From: Paraspadella gotoi
Taxonomy: Eukaryota > Animalia > Chaetognatha
Direction: 5' to 3'
DNA length: 8,968 nucleotides
Assembly (NCBI GenBank): GCA_051294375.1
Contig: JBJCIZ010001522.1
Coordinates: 1-8,968, forward strand
The notes under the pieces: model-generated
Databases searched by the model: none
What the model saw: the letters and a program-made list of their open reading frames with translations, nothing else
Told to the model about the DNA's origin: nothing
Made by a program: the position numbers and the translations under genes
Shown: piece by piece, positions 1 through 8,475 of the stretch
Numbering within the stretch: the stretch's first letter is position 1
Layout: each line of letters opens with the position of its first letter

Positions 1-40
1 CAGAGACGCACGTGGCAACGTTAAGCAACCGTTCGCCACA
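1..40 (+). repeat. Probable 3' end (U5) of the 5' LTR; also left arm of an inverted repeat with 8476-8517
   Basis: Ends in ...CGCCACA(40), then one T, then the TGG of the PBS: the typical LTR-CA/N/PBS junction. Confidence 0.6.
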
Positions 41-41
41 T

Positions 42-56
42 TGGTAAACCCGACGT
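42..56 (+). promoter_or_regulatory. Primer-binding site, tRNA-Trp-like
   Basis: TGGTAAACCCGACGT matches TGGTGACCCCGACGT (complement of the 3' end of metazoan tRNA-Trp) at 13/15 positions and sits right after ...CA and upstream of gag. Confidence 0.75.
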
Positions 57-353
57 AGAAATTGACGCCCTCCAACACTGCCGGGGTGTCAACCAACCTT
101 CTGATTGAAGCAATCCAAACCCAGAGACTTACCAACCTGCTCGTCGATGCCACCCAAGCCAGAAGCCCCCTTAACGCGCTCGCAGAGTCAGTCAAATCGC
201 CTCGGGGAGCCGTCGTGCCGACCACGTCGACTCACCCCATCGCCTCGATACTGTGACGAAGAAATTGGAACTCTTCAAACATCCCGTCAAGTCGGCCAAA
301 CCTTCTCTTTCTCTTCCAACGACATCGACGCGGCCAAGGACGCACAGACGACC

Positions 354-1289
354 ATGGCCCAAGCTCCGCCGACCCAGGGAGAGATGGAGGCGCTCCGCGC
401 CGCCCTCGACGCCGCCATGGCCGCGACCAAAGCCGCCCAAGATGCGCTGGCTCGTAGCGAAAAACCCAAGAAGCCAGAACTACCTCCGTTCGATAAAGAA
501 AATATCGAAATTTGGATTCGCCGTGTTGAGGCGGCGTACACCCGCGCCAAGATCACCGCCGCTAACGATAAATTTGCCTTCCTTGAAGCAAAGATCGCGG
601 TGGACATAAACCCAAGGATTAACGCCTATTTGTACGGCGAAGCTTCTGACGCCAATTGGACGGCGTTCCTCGCTTACTTGCGCGCCGAATATGGCCTCTC
701 AGCTCGTCGACAAGCCGAGAATATATTGGACGGTCGAATCAACAGGGACGGAATGAAACCATCCCAACACCTAGCCCGCCTTGTCGACCGAACGATGACT
801 GTCTCCATTGACGACATCCGCAAAGAATTAGTCATGCGAGGCCTCCCTCCGGAAATTCGTGCCAACCTCGTAGACCGCGCACAAGAGATGACCGCAGCCC
901 AACTCAGCGAAGCTGCCGATCGGCATTTCGACGCCGAAGGGAAACCCCTTCACTCAAACGCCGCATCAATGGTCAACGCCATCGACTCCAACGACGTCAG
1001 CGACGACGACGACGATGCCGAGCCAGCTTACAGCGTCAACGCCGTTCAGGGGCATCGCGAGAAGCGCCGACCTTTCATTCCACGTGGCCATCCCAAGTTT
1101 GACGCCGTCAATCAGCGTCAACCGGAAGCGAGCGGCGCCCAGAATCCAAAACTCGTTCGCGTTTGCAAATTCCACCTGAAGTATGGTGACGCTGCCTACC
1201 GCTGCGAAAGAGGTTGCGCCCGCGCAAATGAAAAACGTAGCGAGAAAGAGGCAAAGGCGGGAAACGCCATGGCGGGCCGGCGACGGTGA
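354..1289 (+). CDS. gag: Gag polyprotein (capsid-like domain, acidic spacer, CHCC nucleocapsid knuckle)
   Basis: ORF 105-1289 opens on TTG. In-frame ATGs lie at 147 (weak context) and 354 (accATGg, optimal Kozak), so the start is uncertain. Contains ELPPFDKENIEIWIRRVEAAY...ITAANDKF, typical of the Gag N-terminus of this Gypsy group, and C-x2-H-x9-C-x3-C (CKFHLKYGDAAYRCERGC, 1164-1217). Confidence 0.88.
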   Translation: MAQAPPTQGEMEALRAALDAAMAATKAAQDALARSEKPKKPELPPFDKENIEIWIRRVEAAYTRAKITAANDKFAFLEAKIAVDINPRINAYLYGEASDANWTAFLAYLRAEYGLSARRQAENILDGRINRDGMKPSQHLARLVDRTMTVSIDDIRKELVMRGLPPEIRANLVDRAQEMTAAQLSEAADRHFDAEGKPLHSNAASMVNAIDSNDVSDDDDDAEPAYSVNAVQGHREKRRPFIPRGHPKFDAVNQRQPEASGAQNPKLVRVCKFHLKYGDAAYRCERGCARANEKRSEKEAKAGNAMAGRRR

Positions 1290-1305
1290 ACGCCGTGCCC
1301 CGCCA
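1259..1305 (+). promoter_or_regulatory. Programmed -1 ribosomal frameshift signal (slippery heptamer plus stem-loop)
   Basis: G_GGA_AAC at 1259-1265 is in X_XXY_YYZ phase with the gag codons (gcG GGA AAC). The -1 frame is the pol frame, open from the TAG at 1238-1240. Hairpin: TGGCGGG(1270-1276)/CCCGCCA(1299-1305) with inner CGGCG(1278-1282)/CGCCG(1291-1295). Confidence 0.85.
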
Positions 1306-4300
1306 AACTGGAAATTCGCCCACAAAATCTTACCTTCTCCATGTCGTCGATGCGAGCGATGGGCGCGCTTGGTTGGTTGATGGCGGCGCATTATTATCAT
1401 TAACTCCACCTACAACAGAACAGCGCGCCGCCGGCCCCCAAGGCCCACAACTTCAGGCCGCCAACGGCAGTCCCATCGCCTGTTACGGCACTGTCCAAAA
1501 GCGAATCACCTTAGGACCTCGCATTTTCCCCTTCGAGATCCTGGTGGCCGATGTCACTCAGAACATCCTCGGCGCGGATTTTCTCGCCGAGTTTTTCTTG
1601 GCACCAAATCATCGAGACGGAATCCTGCTCGACCTGAAAGATTATTCTACCATCGCTTGCGCCAAGTCAGTCGGTCATCCTCCCTCCCCGATCAACTTTG
1701 TCGGCCAGAAGGACGACCGTTTCTACCAGCTACTCGATAGTTTCCCCGCCCTCTCAAAGCCAACCTTCGAAGTCAAGGAGCCCAAGCATGGGGTGCGCCA
1801 TTTCATCCCCACTCAAGGGCGCCCATGTCAGGCTCGGGCGCGCCGCCTGTCGCCGGAGAAATTGGCCATCGCCAAGGCCGAGCTCGACCGCATGGTCGCC
1901 CTCGGCATTGCTGTCCGCGCTAAGAGCTCATGGTCTTCGCCCCTTCACTGCGTCCCAAAAGCCGACGGGGGTTGGCGAGTCTGCGGTGATTACCGCCGTT
2001 TAAACGCACAAACAATTGACGATCGGTATCCGGTTAAGCTCCTGGCCGATTTCAATGCCCAGTTGGCAGGCAAACGAATTTTCTCCAAAGTGGATTTGTT
2101 GAAGGGGTACCACCAAATCCCCGTGGCCCCCGACGACATCCCCAAGACCGCTGTAATAACTCCCTTTGGCCTTTACGTTTTTCTGCGAACTCCTTTTGGA
2201 TTGAAAAACGCTGGCCAGGATTTTCAGCGGCTCATGGACGAAATCCTGGGTGAACTTCCACGTGTCTATGTCTACTTAGACGACATACTGATCGCCAGTG
2301 AGACACCAGAGCAACATCTCGAGGACCTCAAGGCCGTCTTCAGCGCCTTGGAGGAGAACGGATTGGTCGTCAACAGGAAAAAATGCATCCTTGGCCAACC
2401 TTCCCTCGAATTCCTCGGCTACTTCGTTGACGAGAATGGTGTCCGACCTCTTCCCCAGCGCGTTGAAGCCCTGCGTCAAACGACGCCGCCGACAACTGTT
2501 AAGGAGCTGCAGCGTTTCTTGGGGATGATCAACTACTACCGCCGCTTCATCCCCAAGATCGCCCATCACGCGACGCCGCTCTATGACTCGTTGCAAGGCA
2601 AACCGAAACGACTCAATTGGACACCGGCATGTCAAAAAGGTTTTGACGCCGTCAAGGAAGCCCTCGCCAATTCGGTCCTTCTTCGTCACCCACGAACCGG
2701 CGCCCAGCTTTCCTTGACGACAGACGCATCTGACCACGCCGTTGGCGCCGTTCTGGAGCAGCGTGGCGCCCAAGGCTGGGAACCACTCGCTTTCTTCTCA
2801 GCCAAGCTCTCCGACAGCCAGAGGAAGTGGCCACCCTTTGACAGGGAGCTTTATGGTGCTTTCCGTGCCTGTCGTCATTTCCGCCCATGGCTGGAGGGCC
2901 GAACCTTCACGCTATATACGGACCACATGAGTTTGATACATGCCCTCCACAAGAAGAGTGAGCCACAGACGGCGCGACATACATTCCAACTTTCCGTCAT
3001 CTCAGAGTTCACAACAGATATTCGCCATGTTGAGGGCAAGGCCAATGTCGTCGCCGACGCCCTGTCTCGGCCGAATCCACCTCCACCTCCAGTCGTGGCC
3101 TCTATCGATAAACCCATCGACGCCACCAAGACGGAAGATTTAACCTTGGTGGCCGCGGCGATCGCGCCACAAGGCATTGATCTGCAGGACCTTGCGCGTC
3201 ATCAACCTCTCGACCGAGACTTTCGAAAAATAATGGAAGACTCACGTACTGGCCTACGATTTCGACGGGTCAATATCGGCGACCAGGAAATCGTCGTCGA
3301 TGTCTCGAACGGCCCAGCACGGCCCTTCGTCCCCGAAAATTGGCGCCGGCGAGTTTTCGATGCCATCCATGGCCTTGGGCATCCAGGAATCGCCCGCACG
3401 CGCGAAACCATTGCAGAAAAATTCGTTTGGCCGACAATGCGCGCGGACGTCACCCGTTGGGCACGTGACTGCATACCGTGCCAGCAGGCCAAAGTCTCCC
3501 GCCACATCGTGCCGCAAATTGGAGAGTTTGCAGTTCCCCCTCGCAGATTTCAGCATATTCACGTTGACCTAGTTATGATGCCTGTTTCAAACGGTTACGC
3601 GTATTTGCTTACGGCAGTAGACCGCTTTACGCGTTGGCCGGCAGCCATCCCCATCAAGGACATTTCCGCGACAACAGTGGCTGACGCTTTCACCCATGGG
3701 TGGGTCGCCTCCTTCGGCATTCCGTCCGATATAACCACGGACAGAGGATCTCAATTCCTCTCGTCCATCTGGCGACAGCTCGCAAAATCCTGGAATTGTA
3801 GACTCCACCACACAGCTGCCTACCACCCAGAGGCAAATGGGCTAGTTGAGCGATTCCATCGCCGCTTGAAAGAGTCTTTAATCGCTCTTGGCGTTGATGA
3901 GCCCGCCAAATGGTATTGGCGCCTCCCTTCCACTCTCTTGGCAATACGCACGACGATTAAACCAGACATCGGCGCATCTCCGGCACAACTCGTTTACGGC
4001 GATGGCCTTACAATTCCCGGCGCCGTCCTCAGTCCGACCGTCGATGCCCAAGATGAAGCAGAGGCACGGCGACGCCTCCGCGACGATCTCCGCCTCGAAG
4101 TTGAGCGGCTGCAGCCAGCCGCCACGAGCAGCCATCGCCAGCCACGCGTCCACCTGCCAGATGGCCTCGTCACCGCCTCCCACGTTTTCATCAGACGAGG
4201 CGGCGTCAAACCGCCACTGACCGCGCCTTACGAAGGCCCTTTTAGGGTTGTTGGGCGCGACAACCTTAATTTCCGAGTAGAACTGCCAGGGAGAGGAGTC

Positions 4301-4944
4301 GAAACAATCGCCATTTCCCGAGTTAAGCCAGCCAACGTGTGGGATGACGTCATCGAGGACGACGCCCCCCCAGAAGGTGCGTCACCGCCAACGCCGCCCC
4401 CTCGAGGCCGGCGCCCGGGCCTCCGAACTCGAGTCCTCCCTCCATCCTCAATCGTCACTCGTTCAAAAACAAGGAGAGATGAAAGAGCTCAAGTATCGAG
4501 CGACACACATGGGGAAAATGAAGTCGTTGCGGCGGCGGCATTTCCGGCCACGCCCACCCTCCGTCCCGAGCAAAACATCGAATCGATGGAGGCGAACCCG
4601 ACTGCAACGCCACGACGACCATGTCAAGCCAGCTCCCACGCCTCCCCTCGTACCCCGCCAAGAAACTCTCCTTTCCGGTACAACGCCAACGCGTCGTCAC
4701 GCCCGGACTACGCCTCGGTCCTTAAGCTTATCCTTGCGAAACAAAATGAGCCCAATCGTGACGCAAACTCTTTTCTCTTCTCCTCGTCTCCCTCGGTCAA
4801 CTCGTCTGGGGGGGATATAGGATCAACTGGACTCGATCCCTCAATCTCTGGGCCAGTACGACGTCATCGCCGCATCATCAAGACCTCGTCACGCCTTCGG
4901 GCCTTCTCTCCGCTGGCGCCGGCGCCCTCAAGACACGCCCCACC

Positions 4945-4999
<55 letters not shown>

Positions 5000-5374
5000 T
5001 CTCTCTCTCTCTCTCTCTCCTTCCGCTTTTTACGTATTCCGCCCCCGATTGGGGCACCGGCTGGGATTTCACGTCGCCCGTTTTCGCCCCCCCCTGCCTT
5101 ACCTAGACCCATTCCCCCCTCACATTTAACCCACCCTACCCTGACTCTCTCCCCCTCCCCCGAAGCCGACTCCACCTCCGTCAACGCCCTCTTCTTTCCT
5201 TCGTCACGCCACTTTCTTTACGAGGCCCTCGTTCGCTCGTCATCCTTTTACCGACGACGTAGCTCCAAATCTCTCTCCGATTTCCCCCCCCCTCCTTCTT
5301 TTTTTACAATCGTTACGACGGGGTTACAAATCAATGACGGAAAAGGAGGAGCGTTGATTGTAACGTCATTGTAA
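1259..5374 (+). CDS. pol: Pol polyprotein (protease, reverse transcriptase, RNase H, integrase), probably made as a Gag-Pol fusion
   Basis: ORF 1286-5374 has no ATG start and is entered by the frameshift. Motifs: LVDGGA...ILGADFL (PR); WSSPLHCVPK, DYRRLN, PFGLKNA, YLDD, FLGY (RT); TDAS, DREL, TDH, ADALSR (RH); HHCC, D-D35E, GPF (IN). Conserved sequence ends near 4333; the remainder is low-complexity. Confidence 0.96.
1331..1585 (+). other. Retropepsin-like aspartic protease domain
   Basis: WLVDGGALLSL (catalytic D at 1379-1381), flap-like AANGSPIACYG, and ILGADFL ending at 1585. Confidence 0.85.
1904..2428 (+). other. Reverse transcriptase domain
   Basis: FSKVDLLKGYHQI, KTAVITPFG, PFGLKNAG, YLDD at 2273-2284, FLGY at 2411-2422. 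Confidence 0.97.
2714..3070 (+). other. RNase H domain (Ty3-type)
   Basis: Catalytic D (TDAS, 2723), E (DREL, 2846), D (TDH, 2921) and D (ADALSR, 3056). Confidence 0.95.
3368..4333 (+). other. Integrase (HHCC zinc finger, DD35E core, GPF module)
   Basis: H 3368, H 3380, C 3470, C 3479; D 3566, D 3740, E 3848 with exactly 35 residues between the second D and E; YEGPF at 4229-4243; RVKPA ending at 4333. Confidence 0.96.
4808..4815 (+). promoter_or_regulatory. Candidate polypurine tract (plus-strand primer)
   Basis: tctGGGGGGGA, a G-run like those preceding the 3' LTR in this element type. It is followed by TATAGG rather than canonical TG. Confidence 0.6.
4946..5019. repeat. (CT)n microsatellite, interrupted
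   Basis: Direct reading; translates as poly-(SL) in the pol frame. Confidence 0.98.
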
Positions 5375-5888
5375 CGAAGGAAGCTGAGTTGGAATGTCCC
5401 CGTATTTGTAAAACATTTTGACGATGGTGCCGTCAATGGACGCACATCGAATGTATCCAGTAAAATCTCGGCAAAATCTCAAGCGACGTTTGGTGTATAA
5501 TTTACATCTTACAATATGAAGTCGCTCCTAAATTTGAAAGCTTCTCTTCAAACGAGCGTCGAACTCCTCCCGTATTTTTTTCCTCTAAAATTATATATTA
5601 AATTTATATTTGATCGAAAACGTTCTCGGCTCAAACGAATCTTCAAGTCAAATTTTTATCTTCAATTTTTTTACAAATTTTTATTTTCCTTATTGCGATA
5701 CAGTTGCCCTCGACATAATTGGATTTCTCGTTGTTTATCCCTCCCTTTTTTTATTTGATATTTTTTGTTTGCGTCGTCATAAAACTCTTATCCATCCCCC
5801 CTCCCAGCCTCCCCCTTCATTTCTTCGCAGGGTTGTTTTCCCCGTCGTCGTTTTGAACCTCAATGGACTGATTAACGCGCGACGCCGT

Positions 5889-5976
5889 GGAAAAAAGAAA
5901 GACGAGAAAAGAAAGGAGAAAAAAAGAAGAAAAAAAGGATATAGAAGAGAAAGAAAAAAAAAGGAGAAAGAGAAAA
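5889..5976. repeat. A/G-rich low-complexity tract
   Basis: Runs of A punctuated by G; source of the spurious Lys/Arg-rich and Phe-rich ORFs here. Confidence 0.85.
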
Positions 5977-6057
5977 TTCCGCGACTCATTAGAAACGTCG
6001 TAGCGCGACTCTCATAAGCCGAACGGCTCCTTCTCTGCGCAAAATCAAGTGCTGTTT

Positions 6058-6075
6058 GACGACGACGACGACGAC
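6058..6075. repeat. (GAC)6 microsatellite
   Basis: Direct reading. Confidence 0.9.
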
Positions 6076-6312
6076 GCAGTGAAGCAAATAAAAAAAAAAG
6101 AGCAACGCCATCTACTAGACTGATTTTTTTTCCATTCTCGGAATCTAGCGTCTCCATCTTTCTCTGATTTGCGGGATTTCGAAATAAAACCACTGAATTT
6201 GTCTTTCGATTTAAAAAAAAAAATTAAATACGAAATTCATCCGCGGGATTTTTTTTTTCTTTTTACTTTGAGGAAAAAAAAAGGGAAATGAAACGGAGAG
6301 AGAGTGGAAGAG

Positions 6313-6336
6313 GATGACGACGACAACGACGACGAT
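6313..6336. repeat. Imperfect (GAC)n microsatellite
   Basis: gat gac gac gac aac gac gac gat. Confidence 0.8.
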
Positions 6337-6393
6337 AACAAGGGGGGATCTCTTGTCTCTCAGGTGAGAATCAGGAACTGATTCTTTTGTTTA

Positions 6394-6403
6394 TCTCTCT
6401 CTC

Positions 6404-6471
<68 letters not shown>

Positions 6472-6477
6472 CTCTCT
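6394..6477. repeat. (CT)n microsatellite, interrupted
   Basis: Direct reading. Confidence 0.98.
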
Positions 6478-6913
6478 TTCCGTTTCCCCATCCCTCGAAC
6501 CCATGCGTTTAGAATCCTGCCCTCTAATCCTTTTCATTTTTTGCCGCCGAATTTGCGTTGACCGCGAAGCGCCACGTGTGTCACTTCCGGTTGGTTGCAT
6601 GATTGAACCCGAACCAAAAAATCGTCTTCTGCTAATTATCATCCAAACAATTGCTAATGCTACCTTTGAAAAATACACCCACCGGGATGTCGCACTAGAT
6701 GCCCTTTTAGTATCGAGACAACGAAACAAAAGTAAAATCATACAGTATTGAGACTAAAACTTTCGACTTAAAACAACCTGAAACATAAACGATTTCGTTA
6801 ATATTATTAATTTCATCATACAATTTCAAAAGTCACTATGAAATGTTTTCGACGTAAGTTCGGTGTAAAACACAAACTTAAACATGTCTTACTATGATTG
6901 ACTTTGGCTCCGT

Positions 6914-7013
6914 CTTCATCGATGCCACTCGACTTCCATCGATGCCACTCGGACTTCCATCAATGCCACTCGGGACTTCCATCGATGCCACTCGGGCCGA
7001 GATGCCACCCTCG
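6914..7013. repeat. Minisatellite, about 4.5 copies of a 19-22 bp unit (CTTCCATCGATGCCACTCG(n)A)
   Basis: Units at 6914-6932, 6933-6953, 6954-6975 and 6976-6996, plus partial GATGCCAC from 7001. Confidence 0.93.
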
Positions 7014-7192
7014 TCACCTTCGTGGGTTTGACACCCTCGTAGTCCAATCCCACGCAGCCAATATCGTCGAGGGAAAAGACAATGGTCGACGTAGTCGTCC
7101 GTCATCGTCGTCACTTTTGTCGTCATAGTCATCGTCGCTGTCTGAGGTCAATCACGTCAGTCACGTGATCGCAATGCGACTGACCATCCGTC

Positions 7193-7228
7193 GATGATGA
7201 CGACAACGACGACGACGACGACGAGGAC
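7193..7228. repeat. Imperfect (GAC)n microsatellite
   Basis: gat gat gac gac aac (gac)5 gag gac. Confidence 0.85.
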
Positions 7229-7941
7229 CCTCAGTCGCCTCTCCACTTCCGCGTCACAAATCCACTTTTGACAATTATGCCCTCGTTAAAACCGGCCGGC
7301 CATTTGTTTTGCGGGGAATTCGGTCCGATTTGCCGGAGATTCGCCGGCGCCGGACGGTGGGACCGGAGAGGGAAAGGACGAAGGTTGAAGGAGAATGGGG
7401 AGGAGGGGAAGAAATGAGACAGAGCGAAGGGAGCGAAGGATGAGCGCGAAAGTTGAAATGTCGAGACTTAAATCAAACGCGTCTTCCTTTTTTGCGATCG
7501 AGGAGGATGAATGTGAAACGTTGGGTGTGAAAATAAAAACGTGACGCAAGTGTGAATGCTTGAGTGAAATTTGATTAGAAATTTGACGACGTGCCGGACC
7601 TTTCGCGTTGTTTTTTTATGATTGGTGGTGAAGTTGGGCAATTTTTTTTTGATAACAATTAGCAAGTCAAGTGATTTTCTGAGAGAAGATAACGACAAGA
7701 TGATTTTAAGTACAAAACGGTTCTGCCAGTTCTGGTCACAAATTGTTTTACACTTTTGACACAATATTTATGACTTTTCTTTTAAATCTCGTTTATTGAT
7801 GAATCTTTTTGACATTTGTCAAAAATATGTTTCAAAGACAAGGATTTGTCAAAACGAATCCAGGTTTTTGTCCAACAGAAAAGAATTTCGTTTATCGCTC
7901 AACGATTTCGTCTGGAGTCGCCATCCCGGTCGAAACACTTA

Positions 7942-8068
<127 letters not shown>

Positions 8069-8475
8069 CGAGAAAATGAGGATTTGATAAATTTGAACTT
8101 AAACGCCGCCCAACCTATTGTCACTATCTTCTGGGTGGTGGTAAGCTTCTTCGGGGTGTGATCGTAGAAGGATAAACTTTAAGAAGGGGGTGGACCAAAG
8201 TGAGTTAGGGTTGGAGCGATGGGCAACTTTTTGGTGTTCAATCTTTATTTAATATGGTGATTCCGCTGACAGAGATAGAGACATTAAAAAATAGTAGAGG
8301 GCAAAAATGACAAAAGTAAACTTTTTAGTACGTATTACAAATATTTTTTTGGTTTTGGTGAAATGGAAAACTGCGGTGTTAGTTTTCCTTTTTTCTTCTT
8401 TTGAGCGTTTCTTTTACTCTGGTCTCTCTGCTTCTGTTGTGATTCGCCGTGTTTCGGCATTCACTGCAAGAATTT

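Larger units (their letters stand above)
1..4815 (+). mobile_element. Ty3/Gypsy (Metaviridae) LTR retrotransposon, probably CsRn1/Kabuki/Boudicca-like; 5' LTR cut by the window edge, 3' LTR extent unresolved
   Basis: Order PBS-gag-(-1 frameshift)-PR-RT-RH-IN-PPT; integrase after RT/RH is the Ty3/Gypsy arrangement. Trp-like PBS, CHCC Gag motif and GPY/F module are the described hallmarks of the CsRn1 lineage. Lineage is assigned from motifs, not from a phylogeny. Confidence 0.95.

Noticed and set aside
1-30. Faint resemblance to the 5' end of tRNA-Trp (also 7147-7164 to its 3' end)
   Set aside because: Too gapped and short; no cloverleaf or B-box.
1-4815. DIRS-type element, suggested by the inverted terminal repeats
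   Set aside because: It encodes a DDE integrase and an aspartic protease and has no tyrosine recombinase.
192-5184. Many antisense and alternate-frame ORFs overlapping gag/pol (e.g. 966-1409, 2276-2773)
   Set aside because: Expected shadows of GC-rich coding sequence; no recognisable motifs.
5516-6193. ORFs 5516-5758, 5610-6017 and 5777-6193 as a possible env or ORF3
   Set aside because: Hydrophobic and basic stretches come from poly-T and poly-A low complexity; short, with no convincing signal peptide/furin/TM architecture.
6914-7013. CRISPR-like appearance of the short repeats
   Set aside because: Units are head-to-tail with no unique spacers, there are no cas genes, and the context is eukaryotic.
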